Source of the DNA: Lama guanicoe | Lineage: Eukaryota | NCBI GenBank assembly: GCA_013239625.1 | Contig: MU053431.1 | Location: 2,444,485-2,508,484 of the forward strand | Direction: 5' to 3' | DNA length: 64,000 nt | Shown: one piece after another, positions 47,901 through 60,254 of the stretch | How positions within the stretch are numbered: position 1 is the first letter of the stretch | Layout: every line of letters begins with the position of its first letter | Made by a program: the position numbers and the translations under genes | The notes under the pieces: generated by a model | Told to the model about the DNA's origin: nothing | The model's input: only the letters and a program-made list of their open reading frames with translations | Databases searched by the model: none

Positions 47901-50900
47901 AGTGATGCTCACCATCACTCGCCGGGGCCGTGCAACCCAGACCACGCGAGCCCGCCTCCGCCCACCCAACCAGACTGCCGCCATCGATGAGCCCCGGTAA
48001 CCAGCGTGGGCAGGATGCGGAGACGGCGGAGCCTCCTACGTGGCGGGTAGGAACGTGCAGAGGCGCAGCCGCTGTGGAAGAGTCCGGCAGCGCGTCGGAA
48101 GGCTGACTGCAGTCACCGCGGCAAGTCCACCTGCAGGAGGACCCTGAGAGCATGTCTGTGCAAGGTCACAGCAGTGTCGTTCCCGACAGCAAGTGCAGCA
48201 GCCGAACAACGATGGATAAGGGGGTGGGTCCCTCCAGGCAGAGGAGTGTTCCTCAGCCACAAAAAGGGGTGACACACTGACACTGTGGGTCGCCTTGAAA
48301 TCGTTATGTTCAGTGGAAGAAGCCAACACAGACGGACAAAAATTGTATGATTCCACTCACACCAAATGCCGGAAGAGGCAAATCGAGAAAGGCAGGAGAC
48401 TGGGAGTGCCAGGGGCTGGGGGAGACAAGGGTCCTGGGGTGAAAGCTGAGGGGTACGAGGTTTCCTTCTGGGCTGATGAAAACGTCCTAAGGTCGACCAG
48501 GGTGATGGCCGCACAACTCCGTGAATACACTAAAAGCTAGGGAACAGCATGCTCTAAGTGGGTGGATTGTAGGATGTGTGAATTATATCTCAAATAAGCA
48601 GTAAACTAACGAATAAAGTGTAACTGAAGAGGGGTCTGTGACAGCTCTGCACTCAGGTCCACACGGAGTGTCTGGGAGGGACCTGGAGCCACCTCTACCG
48701 CCTGGGTCACGGAAGTGCCCCCGAACGGGCTGGTGCCAGGCAGACCTGGGGAGCTGCCGCTGGTGAGGGGCCCAGGGACGTGCACAAACTCCAGAAATGG
48801 GGAAAGCAAGACCCTTCAGGAGACAGAGGGAGACGGGAGAGGAGGGGCATGGGAGGGCGCCGGCCAGCTCAAAAATAAAGGTGGTCCCGGCACCAATGGG
48901 CACACGCCTCAGAGCTCAGGGAAGCAGGAGAAACACAGACCCGTCTCACATCACGACGTGGGGATGGGGGCAGAGCACACGCCAGAGAGACCCGGGAGGG
49001 GTCTGTGAAGCAGAAGAGACGTGGGCCAGACGCACCGAGTGGAGCTCTGACCTTCCCGACACGCGAGGAGTGGGTCAGGACGAGTGCGGGCCGCACGCCA
49101 CGAGCACCTGGTCATCACGGGAACACGGACTCAACGCAGAGTCTCTCCACCTCTATGTACTCTTCGCAATTTTTCAGAATAAAATGCTGGGGGAGTCTTA
49201 AAGATGAGGATTTTTTGGATGATCAGGACGTCTGTTAGGGAAGTTCAAACCCCAGACCTCAGCGAGAACCTGTGAACGGAACAGCAGTTGTGCTTTGGGG
49301 AAAACCGGAAGGAAAGGTCCTCAGGGCCTGGCCTCGCTGTGCCGAGAGGACGAGCCGGCAGGGGCTCCCGGCGGCTCAGGAGGCAGCGCACTTCGGGGAG
49401 GGCCACACAATCGGGGGACCCGCTGCCCCGTGCCGGGTCTCACGCTCGCCAGGCCTCCCTCCGTGGGCTATAAACACCCGGATCCAGTCAGTCAGCACGT
49501 TAACAGAACTGCCAGCCCCGTCCCAGCTCCTTTCCCCACGGGAACCGGACCCCAGAGATGACTCCCTGTTGTCAGCACCCGGGAAGATGAGACAGTGGTC
49601 TGAGCTGACTCCTTCGTGGAACTGCCTAGGAGCAGCAGCTTCCCGCGGACGTGGGCGTCCAGGCCCGCCGGCCTCCGAGGCCGACAGGAGGGCCTCGGTG
49701 CTTCTGCAAAGCCCTGGGCTGCCGGCAGGCCTGGCCCCGGTGGAGGGGCCCCGTGAGGCCGCGACTCGGGGAGAAGTGGCCCAGGTGACAGACGCGCTCA
49801 GTGTCTGGAGGTGAGCGGAAGGCGGCAGGCAGGCCCAGGCTCACAAACACAGGACCTGGCACAGCTGAGCCAGGTGTGCACGGCGAGGCTGCGGGACCCA
49901 GGGAGCACGAGCTCCCTGCAGAGACCTGAGGCTTCCTTACAGGTCCCACCTCCAAATACAGCCACACGGGGTCAGGGAGTCGACGTACAAATTTTGGGGG
50001 GACACAAACAGACTTAAAATTCAAAAAACACTGGATTTTAAAACCAAAACTTTAATTAGCTTAGATTAACAATGTATGTTCAAAAGCGTGTAAAGAAATG
50101 AAGAATTAGCTGAACGAGTCCCGCCACATGTGAAATTCTGAAAGGATGGTTCTGAAGAAGGATGCCTGGGGCCCATAATTGAGAACTGCCGTGAAACAGT
50201 GAAGCGGTTTCCAGCCACAGCGAAACAAGGGGGTCCAGGAGGGGCTCCTGCTAGTGTGAGCACTGACACAAGATCGCAGAGCGCAGTTCAAAGGCTCACT
50301 GCCGACCACCCTAAAAATGCTAGTGGGTGACGGTCCCCCAGTGCAGTGTGACCAGGGGAGGGACTTCTACAGTTGTCAATGACAACACTCCCAAATGAGT
50401 GTGCCTCAGAAATGTTACCACCATCATGGGAATCAGAACCAGGCACCCCGTGAAGCTGTCAGACCACCTGTGACCAGGCGATGGCCTAACAAGGAGCTCC
50501 CGCGGGCTCCAGAGAAGAGACATCCAGCCCAAGGCAGCTGGCGAGAAAACCCGCGGAGACGTTCCCAGCACCCGTGATGCACCTTTTGCGAAGCAAGTGC
50601 AGCCAGGTCTGCACTCTCAAGTCCTGGAGTCTTTCCACTGGGCGTCTTGCTCGAAATTCAAGCCCCATTTCTGGAAGTAACACACAGGGCGCCTCCTGAC
50701 ACAAGGACGACACCATTCAAAAGAAACCTCAAGGGTAGAGTCCATCCTGAGACGAGACCGGGGCGGCTAAGGGTACTTGACGATCCTGAAATCATCTCGG
50801 CAGAAGAGGCAGGTGGACACCCGTGCACAGGGCGCCCCTCGCTGGCCCCAGTTTGCTCCTGCGTCCACTCTGGTGTCTGGCTGACAGGCGGCGAGCCTGG

Positions 50901-53900
50901 TGAGATGGGCTGGGGTGGAGGCTCCGCGCGGGGGGCACGCCCCGGGTACTGTGATGCGGAGGGACAGAGCCAGGCGCCAGGAGAGTCAGAGGCCAGGCCT
51001 TCCCAGGCCCTTCGAGACCAGAGCTTGACTTGAGAAAGAGGGATTTGAGACGACAAAATTCTTCAAAAACAACAGGAAGTTGAAAGCGTATTCACACTGC
51101 AACAAATCCCCGCACAGACGAGTCTGACGTCACGTAGAACCACAAAGCATGCTCCTGCCGGGTTGAAAGCGAAAGCCACCCCAAGTCCTGGGGCGGGACT
51201 CGACCCCCCCACGCAGCGACGGGGCTCACGTTTACAGGTCAAATTCAGGACGCGTCTCTGTGCTGCTTGGGGGTGGATCCCAGCTGGCGCTGGGAGAGCT
51301 GGGCGCTGAGGCTCGGGCCTGAGCTTCGGGAACCACCTCCGGCCACGGTGTGCGTTTAGGACAGGTGGGTCCCTGCTCCAGGCTGGGGTGGCACTTCCTG
51401 AGTGAGGATCTGGGGACCGAGGGACCCTCTGAAAATGTCACATCTCACCTAACACTTTCTATTAACTCTAAACAGTCATTTGTGGCAAACAGACTCAGTG
51501 ATAGGACAAAAACTGAACTGACCAGGGACCGGACAAGATGGGCTGGCAGCTCTCAGCGGCTCAGCAGCGCCTCCCTCAGGCTGCAGGGTGATGCCGCAGG
51601 AGGCATCCTAGGGTGGCTGGACAGGGAGGCCGGCCCCCAACACAAGGGACAAAGTGTGTGCAGGTACTCCATGCCTGCGCGACAGGAGGACCTGGCCCCA
51701 CGGACACCCTTGGCCATGTCCCCAGGCTGACCTCTGTTTAATAAAGGAAGCAACCAGATTAAAATGTCAACATGTAAGTCTAAAGGGCCAGGTGCTAAAG
51801 GTACAGACTGACTCTAGAGGGGAAAGGGGGTCCTCCTTCCTGCAAGTGACATTTTGAAAAGTTGACTCACTTACAATCCTCAGCTGAAAAGCAGAAAAAA
51901 GATTATAATTAACATAAGCATAATTTCTAAACAATTCAGCTGGGTGACACAGTGCGAGATGCAAAGCGGGGTAAAAACAGACGATGGAACAGGGGGAGAA
52001 CGGCACAGCCACGAGCTGCAGGGTCCGGGGGCCTGGCTGTCCCAGGAAGCCCCTGGAGTCCCGGCCTGGTGGACAGCAGGCATGCAGTTTCTAAGATTTC
52101 CCCAAATCTCCACTCTCCATTGAGAGCCTTTTTGCAGACGTCACAGCCCTACCAGCCCGGCCTGCCACGTTTCATCCACAGAACGGGCGGGCACCCCGTC
52201 ACACCCATGTGCAAGCAGCAACATAGCGGAACCTTCTGGACGAGCGGGAAGTGGAAACCGCAGGCCGAGGCCGTCTTCCCGGGAGGCTCCTCCCTCCCGA
52301 GTTACAGCTCCAACCAGACCTCAGTCCTCACTCTCAGTAGATTTCACAAACAATGCAAAAACCTGTAATTATGCACTTTGTCTAAAATTTGCCTTCTTAT
52401 CCTATGTGCCTGCAATGTGTTCTTAAGTGTCCTGCCTCTTCGTCCAAGTTAAAATCCAGTTTCCTCACTTTCTGTGGCCATCAGAAAGTTTTCACATCAT
52501 GTAAAAAATATGCTTTAATTTAGAAATACAGCTAGCAAGGTACGTAGACAAACAATAAATACACAGTTAGCAAGGTAATTCAATGGGCAGATGGTTCTGG
52601 AACAACTGGACACCCATGTGCGAAAGGAGACCCTGAGGCTGGCCCCCGCCCCGTGCGAGGCCAGCACGCATCCCAGGCCTGTGTGTCGCACTACGAGCCA
52701 TCAGACCTCCGGGGAAAGCCGTGGAGAAGCTTCGTGACCTCAGGCACAGGTGCCTCACACAAGGCCCAAAAAGCAGGAACCATGAAAGTTCACAGACTGG
52801 ACTTCATCAAAATTTATACTCTTCCAAAGACACTGTAGCTTGAAAAAATGAGCCAAAGACAGAAGCTGCTTTCAGAACGCACACCCCGTGAAAGACTTGC
52901 CACCGAGGCAGGCGAAGGATGCGCCCCTCGGCGGAAGACGCTCCCCGGGAAGGGGCGTCAACGGCAGTTAGGAGGCGGCCCATCAGAGGCAGGCCCCCAG
53001 CCAGCGGGGCCCCAGGAGCACTGGACAGCCAGCCTCTCAGACCTGACACCACACACAGCCCTGACCCGAGCCCTCTCAGAGGGAGACAAGGGAACCCTGA
53101 TAAAGCCTGGAGGAGATGGGCATGAGAACCATAAAGTGACACCTCAGACCCTCCGGGACGGCTGAAGACTTGCAGACGAACCGTCTCAGCTGTGTACACG
53201 CTCCGGGGAGGAATCCGACAAATCACGGAAAGACGTGTCCTGGGACGTTTATAGCCGTTGGATCACAATAGCCGGAAATAACCCAAATGTCCATCAACAG
53301 GCGCATGAATAAACCGGCTGTGTCACAGCTGGAGGACAGGTACCGTCTGGGACACGATGGCGTGAGGACACCGAGACCACACGGCGAAAATCACGGCCGC
53401 AGACCCCACGGCTGCGGATGCCGGGGAGGGCGGCCCAGGGCCTCTGGTGGCAGCTGCCCCGGCCGTGGCTGTGCCAGGGCCACGTCAGGGGACCATGCCA
53501 CAGTGGTTTCCTGGTTAGGGAGGAGGGAGTCTGACTGGGGACAGCGCAGGACCAGCACGTGGGCTCCCGTGTTACTTCTTACAAGTGGCGGGTGGTGCGC
53601 AATAACCTGAGAACGGACGTCAGCAGACAGGGCGGCACACACCTGCGGCACCCTCACTCCCAGGCTGGCCTGAGGCAGGGCGGCACTGAAAGGGGCAGGA
53701 GGGGACGCTCCGGGCAGGAACGGTCTCTGTCCTGACGACAGAGGCGTAAGCACTTGTCAGATCTCAACTGCCAGCTGAGCGGTCAGAATTCAGACGCGTG
53801 TGGAGCCACCAGAACCGTCACGCGGGACCCCTGGGGAGGGCCTGGCAGTTTCTCATAAAACTGATGTCACCCCTCCCTGTGACCCGGCCCCTCCCAGGTA

Positions 53901-56900
53901 CTCACGCAGAAGCAGTGAAAATGTAAATCCACAAAATGGGCCAAAAATGGTCATGGAAGTTTTACTCACAAGAGCAAAAGCTGGGAGCAGCCCAGATTTT
54001 AGCAGACAAGAGGCAAGAAACCAACGGGCAGATCCAACGACGGAGCGCTGCCCACAACCCGCGAGGCGTGAGCACGGGGCTGGGACCCGGCCTCGAGTGC
54101 AGGCGGGCGGCTGTGCTGGGCGGCCGTCCACGCGTCTGCGGTGAGGTGCTGACATCGGCCGCTCTGACACACTGGAGACGTGGTGGGTTTGGGTGACTCC
54201 ACGGACACACGTATGACAAAGCGAAACATTAGCAGGTGGGGGATCCCTTCTGTTTGTTCAACTTTTCTCTAAGTGTGAACGTTTGCCCACTAACACGGTA
54301 GGGAGAGAGACAAAAGGGTATTCAAACTGTACACTCAAAATCTGCAGCTTATTGAATGTGTATTATACCTAAAAAAACAGGAAAAGGGAATGGTAATTTT
54401 CACCAAACACCCTGTAATGGTCCCCAGTGTCCAGGGTCCTGGAGAACGCGTCCTGACCGGAACGCGTCGGCAGGTGTGAGGAGGTTGGGGACCCTGAGAC
54501 GGGAGATCACCCTGACCGTCGGGGTCACTATCCACACATGGGTCCGTCCAAGGGGAAAAGGGAGGTGGGAGATGGCACCGGAGCTGGGGACAGAGACGCG
54601 GGGCCACGACCCAAGGAAGCAGATTCTGCCCTGGAGTTGCCAGAGGGACCAGTGCCCTGGACCTGGGGTAGCCCCCGGGCCGGGAGAGGACGAGGCTGGG
54701 CCGCCTTAAGCCGTGGGTCTGTGCTGATCTGTCACAGCAGCAGCAGCGGGAAGGGAGCCCAGCCCTGCAAACACCAAAGTCACACGTGCCGTCAGCACGG
54801 AAGGCCGGCACGGGGGTCCACGCAGCCAGGCTGCCAGCATCAGGGGAGGCCCCTGGCCCGGGAGGGGCAGGCACGGCCGGGGCTCGTCCACAGCGGACCA
54901 CCGAGAGGCCCGCACACAGAGCCCCCAGGAGGCGGCCCCAGCACGGGTCTGGGGGTGTCTGGGGGGATGAGTCACGCTCTCCTCGCCAGCTGAACGGTTG
55001 GGATTTGCCTTTTCTGGTCGTATATTCTGTCTCGGTTTTTTAAAAGTTTGAAAAAAACAGTAGCATAAAAGTTTTCAAATGAACAGTTAAAAATTACACT
55101 CCCTACCCCTTTTTAAATCTGTGTAAGTGTAAGCTTGCAAGCTGTGCCTGTGAGTGTACACGTACACACGTATGTACATCAAGTGCCAAATGTGCACGTC
55201 ACCTTGAGCGTCTCAACGTGACTGGGCTCGGCGGCCCCACGTGGGGGGCACACGCTCGCTCTCAGGGCTACACTGCCACTGTGTACACACGGCAGCAGAC
55301 AAACCTGCTTGGCTACAGAGGACAGAACCCCTCAAGTTCACCTCAAAGCCGGGCTCAGTGAGATGCTGCTACCCTGCCTCCAGGAAGCAGAGGCCGCACT
55401 TCCCAGCTGGGCCCTTTATCTTGAGTAAGCGGTGGGGCCCGTCCTCCAAACCCGGCTGATCCCAGAGCAGAAAGGGCAAAACAGGACACAGCAGTGCTGC
55501 CCACAAAGTGGGCCCCGGCCAACGCCGCCTCCCCTTCTCCCCTCCCCGCCGAGCAGGGAAGGCCCCACCGCCCTTTGGGGGTCCCGGGCGAGACTGGGCT
55601 CTCTGCGTCGCCTCCAGAGGCATCGCTCCTTCTCTCCTGATCCACCCAGACGCCCTCAAGCTCTTCCCTGGCCGTAGGAGCAACGCAGGGTGTGATGGCG
55701 GTGTCCCCCCAGCTCTGCCGGTCAACTGGCCTCAGCTTCCGTCTGGACCAATGAGAGGCCTCAGTCTTCATGAACTCAAGTTTTCCAGAAAGTCCAGGGA
55801 TTTCTGCTTCAGCGAAAAAGACGCTCTGCTGGCCACTCAGCAAGACCAAGGTGGCGAGGATCCTCCGTCCAGGCAGCAATTCAGAAGTGTGGCCTCAAGC
55901 TGGGCCTGGGTGGTCACAGGGGCCCAGGCGAGGGTCCCAGGGCCGCCCCCCCCACTGCCCGGGATGCGCTTCTTGTCCATCAAGGAGATGGGCCTGCCCC
56001 TCCTCCCCCTCCCACCAGGACCCCACCAGTGGTCCGCTCTCTCGCTTCAGGACAAGGTCGGCCTCACCACCTCCCATCCCTGTGAGAGTCTCCCCCACAT
56101 TCCCAACCAAACTTTGGATGAAGACTACTGCTGTGGTGTCGGGGGCACCGGCCAGCCCCCCACAGATGGCAAGGTGGTCAGCCAGGATGGATTCCAGGCA
56201 ATTCTGCTGGTTCCTGAAGGAAAACCATCTGGGGGGTACAGCTGAGCACCCACACTTTTCAGGAACCTGCTCTGAACCTGAACCTGCTCTGTGGTTCCAA
56301 CGCATTCTTCAAACCCCAGGACATCAGGGTCCAACCTTACCAAGATCCAGGCACAAACATTTACTTTGCAGAACCCACACATTTTATTCTAGCTCCGGAC
56401 TTTATTTCTGCAGATCCTTTAAGGAACGTGCATGGGACGTGGGGACGGGGCACCTGGGCTCTTCCTGGACCAGCCCCTGAACTGGAAGCTACAGATCCAC
56501 TGCATCAAAGGCTCACAGCCGCCCCAGGGTCCAGGACGTGGGTGTGAGGCCGGAGGGACGCCGCGGGCCTGGCCTGTATCCATAACACGCCTGACATCTT
56601 AATGCTGGTTCCCACGGACGATCATACAAACAGGCTGCAACTTGGAGGTAAATTTCAATGGGTGTTTTCTTGGAAGCTGCTGGGTTAGCCTGCACTTGGC
56701 CGTCTGCTTGGAAAAGTCAATCCAAAACCAACAGGCCCCCAGCCCCCAAGGCCGAGGTGGGAACACAGGGGGACAGGGCACGGACCCACTGCAGTGCTGG
56801 GCATCTGAGCATCTTCCCAAGCACCATGAGTGACCTGCAGGAATTGCCTGACACATTCCTTTGGAAAAGGGTCTTTTCTCTTATAAATGGGATGAGAATG

Positions 56901-59870
56901 AAAAAATGCTCTTCTCTAAGATGTAATAAATCTTTAATGAAAGCAAACTGACATCCATTGGGGATCACAATTTATGCTTCCAAACCCCAGCCCAGGGCCA
57001 GAGCGGAGGAATACATGGCCACCGTGACGGGCAGAGACGTCCCACGCGAGCCCACACCTCATGTCCTTGTCTTAGCAACTCGGGGTAATCTCGCAGTTGC
57101 CTTGGTAACCCGAGGGATTTAAGACATTAGCAGAAGTACACACAGCCGAAGTCACTTGTTGGATCCTAAAAACACCTTCTGCTCGACAACTGCATTTAAA
57201 ACATCAAACCTACGGGCGGGGGAAGCCTCCGTGCTCTTCACACGTTGATGGACTCGCAAACCTAATGCCCTCCAGCACCGCGGCAGGTGCAGGTCAGGAG
57301 GGGAAGTCTCTGCGGTCCCAGAACGTTCCGTGAGTCGTCCTGGTGGACGCTGCTCTGCAAGCTTTAGACTAAGCTGGTGAAAGACCATGAACAAGGGGAC
57401 AGACACAGGCGAGCACTGTGCCCACCGCTAGCAGGGAGACAGGTGGCCAAACTCCAACAGTCCTGAGGGCCGCCCGTCGGGACGTTCACCACGTCCCAAC
57501 CAGGGGCGGGCAGCTGCGCAGGGCCCAGGGCACTGCCTAGCACGCAGTGACTCCACCGAGGCATAGGCCCTGGCTAAACTCACTTGACTCGAATCCCCGG
57601 GAGCCCGGCCCAGTGCTCGGGGCTGGAAACACACAGCAACAACGGGCGTGAGAACGAGTGAGCAAGGCCACAGGGTGTCTGCGGAGCTGCTGTTGAATGG
57701 ATAGAGTTTCAGCTTGGGGTGACGAGACAGTTCTGGAGAGTGATTGTGGTGACGTACTTAATGCCAGCGCACCTAAAGTCTACGATATGTGTACTTTACC
57801 ACGACAGTAGAGCCAGTGTACCCTCCCTGGCTCAGGACCCCAGCGGCTGGCTAGCGCAGGCCACCCTGGGCCACCCGAGCACAGGCTTAGCATTTGGGAC
57901 GTTTTTCAGGGCTTGTGCCCCACACTTTGCTGCCTTCTGTCCACCTCTGTCCACGCACAAGTGCCCACTGATTTCTAACCTTCTTCCTGGAGGGGGCTCC
58001 CCAGTGTGGGCACTTGTTCAACACCACTGAGCCGGACACCAACCCCTGTTCCACCATCGCCCCCCCACCCAACGCAGCCCTCTGGCCCCGTCTGCCCCTC
58101 GGACGGAAAAGCTTGGCGTGGAGGCACCAGGAAAAGCGCCTGGCGTTCAGTAAACGTTCAACTTGTTTACTAGTCTGGGAGACACATGAAGCTGTCTGCG
58201 GGGGTGAGGACACGACCATCAAAGCTAAGCTTAGAGCCCTGGCACCTGACAGACTCGGGGTCCGGGAGAGGCTCCCACCACTGCAAGAAGAAAACACCTC
58301 GTCTCAGCGTCACGCGTGACACTAGTCATGCAGCGAGGAAGCGCCTCCCGCTGGGAGGGGGCGCTGTGGCCACAAGCCCTCGAGCCCCTCAGGACGGGAC
58401 GGATCACGGGCACAATGAGGCCCAAAGGACACGCCGCGGCGCCAGCCCAGGACTGGGCCACACGGCCGCCGTCCTGCCCTTCACCCAGAGCCCAACACCT
58501 GATGCTCGCTCCTCTTTTTCACATGTTAACGTTTCAGTCTTTAAAAAGTAAGTTACCCAACTAGCGCTCCCGGGAGCCCCCTGCACGGCGGAAAGCAGAC
58601 CCCACACCCGCTGGGCTCCTTCCAGGCATCACCCCACTTGTCTGGCTGCAGACCCCACGGCCTCAGAAAAGCCCCACCCAGGCGGCCTCTGTGTGCTGGT
58701 GGCACTGTCACTGCACGGACAGGGACACCAGGGAGTCACCGCAGCTGCTGGGACACAGTGGCCGCATTCCCTGCTCTCACACCAATTTACTACAAGAGGA
58801 GGTGAGCCCCCGGAAGCCCCCAGTGTGAGCCCGGAAAGGGGCCACTTTATGTATGGAGCGAGAGGCCACGGGGCCACCGACAAACAGTGCCCTACGGCGC
58901 CCCAGCCCCGCCAGGGACAAACAAAGGGCTTACTTGAGTCGCGGCTGCTGAACGGCCACCCGGATGTCGGGAGGAAAGACGGCACTGGGGAGCCGGCCCG
59001 GCTGTCGGCCTCCACCTGCTGCGTGATGTGGCGAACTGTCTCTTTGTTTTTCCGATTCTTTCTTCGGCCTGTGGGCTGCCAGCCGTCCGCCCCGACTTGC
59101 TCTGAGAACGAGTTCTGGACGGCAGTGTCCCTGGAGGAGGGCAGCTCGCCACCCCCATAGTGAGATGGTGAGACCTGCTCCTCCTTGATCCGCAGAGGCC
59201 CGTAGCCCACATCGCCAGGCCACAGCGGCTGCAAGGACAGGTCGTCGGGGCCATCGGCCTTGGGCTCCTGGTCCTCCTTCCCATAGCTGCTTCCGCCTTC
59301 ATGGCAGCTGGCGATGGCCGAGTCTCCAGAAGAATTGGCGGGGCTCGTGCGCCGAGCCAGCCACGGGGAAATGCTCCTCCCGGCCATCACGGCTGAGATC
59401 AGTGCGTCCGCGCTGCTGCCAGATGGGGCGCCGATCTCGAGCTCCGAGAGCTCGTCTGAGGCGTCCGGCTTGATGCTGATGTCCAGCGCGGCCTTGATGA
59501 AGTCGTGGCACGCCTGCACGATGTCCGTCATCTGCAGGAAGCTGGCGGCGGACATCACCTCGATGACGTTGCGGCTGGTGAGGGCCAGGTGGGCGGAGTA
59601 CATGAAGTCGATGATGGCCTTGAAGCCCTGGGCTGTGACGATGTCCAGGTGCGTGACGGTGGCCTGCTCGGACGTCTTCTGCACCTGGCAGTACAGCGTC
59701 TTGAAGTAGCGGCTGCTGCCCAGCAGGACGTTCTTGTGGGCCTTGAAGACCTTGCCCTNNNNNNNNNNNNNNNNNNNNNNNNNNNNNNNNNNNNNNNNNN
59801 NNNNNNNNNNNNNNNNNNNNNNNNNNNNNNNNNNNNNNNNNNNNNNNNNNNNNNNNNNNNNNNNNNNNNN
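29908..59870 (-). CDS. ZBTB46: Zinc finger and BTB domain protein 46 (~590 aa). Coding exons ~59870(in gap)-58934, 47341-47057, 31107-30932, 30282-29908
   Basis: BTB domain ([23 protein letters not shown]...[20 protein letters not shown]), [17 protein letters not shown], two C2H2 fingers ([51 protein letters not shown]), acidic tail ending [12 protein letters not shown] junctions in phase. ATG position inferred inside the N gap; exon acceptor visible at 59904-59905. Confidence 0.95.
34091..34533 (-). mobile_element. MaLR solo LTR (MLT1-type)
   Basis: Typical MLT1 segments: aacaaataccacaaactgggcagcttaaagcaacaga..., ctgcctcttccagcttctggggg, gatttagggcc...gatgatctcatct...gtcacattcacagg. Confidence 0.85.
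35150..38380 (-). mobile_element. Old fragmented L1 (3' end through ORF1-like pieces), interrupted by a SINE
   Basis: Antisense L1-like segments (ggtggctgcaccaaagtacgttcccac..., ttcagtgaagtgcttgtccaag, gcttgttacctacaaacaacag); boundaries approximate. Confidence 0.6.
37118..37243 (-). mobile_element. tRNA-derived SINE (Vic-1-like) with perfect 14-bp target-site duplication
   Basis: Reverse complement reads GGGTGTAGCTCCGTGGTGGGGCG...CCAGGGTGCAGTCCCCAGCGCCTCC...CTAATTACCTCCCCCACCAAAA; flanked by CCTTGGTTTCTCTT at 37104-37117 and 37244-37257. Confidence 0.88.
38830..38942. repeat. Imperfect (TG/CA/TA)n microsatellite
   Basis: gtgtgtgcatgtgtatacatgcgtgagcgtgcatatgcatgcatgcgcatatatgc...gtgtgtatgtgtgtctgtgtg. 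Confidence 0.85.
39700..40006 (-). mobile_element. L1 3'UTR fragment (L1MA-like)
   Basis: ggtatttgtcgtcctctgtctgacttgtttcact...ggcaggatgtcattcttttttatgactaatattccact...ctttatccattcat...ttgtaaataatgctgcgatga is the classic antisense L1 3' end. Confidence 0.8.
40380..41916 (+). repeat. Dispersed direct repeat, ~210-220 bp: copy 1 40380-40599, copy 2 41708-41916
   Basis: Both start ccagggacaccgct.gggcggggtcaccctgagcctctctcaaaacccaactttt and run to gaagcacc.ctctgccacaa.ccca; roughly 90% identical by eye. Confidence 0.92.
47690..48605 (+). mobile_element. L1 3' end (L1MB-like)
   Basis: aaatgggcaaaggactcgaacagatgtttgtccaaagcagatacacaaatggcca..., tatgttcagtggaagaagccaacaca...tgtatgattccac, gtttccttctgggctgatgaaaacgtcct...gaattatatctcaaataa. 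Confidence 0.85.
49830..50020 (-). mobile_element. MaLR LTR fragment
   Basis: cccacctccaaatacagccacacggggtcaggg...tacaaattttggggggacacaaac. Confidence 0.65.
52570..54375 (+). mobile_element. Decayed L1 3' fragments
   Basis: tggttctggaacaactggacacccatgtgc, ctggacttcatcaaaattta, aacccaaatgtccatcaacagg...atgaataaa; interrupted and GC-shifted. Confidence 0.7.
54413..54760 (+). mobile_element. MaLR LTR (MLT1D-like)
   Basis: gagatcaccctga..., agcagattctgccctggagttgccagaggga..., ttaagccgtgggtctgtgctgatctgtcacagcagca. Confidence 0.65.
57620..57802 (+). mobile_element. L1 3' terminal fragment
   Basis: ggagctgctgttgaatggatagagtttcagcttggggtgacgagacagttctggagagtgattgtggtgac...tatgtgtactttaccac. Confidence 0.7.
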
Positions 59871-59890
59871 NNNNNNNNNNNNNNNNNNNN
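59759..59890. other. Assembly gap (132 N) covering the ZBTB46 start codon
   Basis: Run of n from 59759 to 59890. Confidence 0.99.
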
Positions 59891-60254
59891 TCCTCTACGG
59901 ACTCTGCGGGGGCGAGAACAAAAGAGTTACCCACGCTGTCGACACCCGAGCCAGGCAGAGTTGGGCCACATTTGCGGGGACGGAGGGTGACGGCGGCAGA
60001 GTGCCTGGCAGGGCGGGGCAGCCAGCGAGCCGATCGAGGCTCACCCCCGTCATAATGGACACAGGGCCCTGAGCAGAGTCCTGCACACTGCAGCTGACCC
60101 TCAGAGCAATAAGCAAATACTCAGAAAGACGGGAAACGCCAACACTTCAAGCACTTGAAGCGAGTTTCTTACCCAAACAGAAAATCTAGGTTAAGTAATC
60201 CAAGTGCGCCTTCATCCCTCACCCGTGGAGAAGTGTCCTTTCAAAGTGCAGGCA

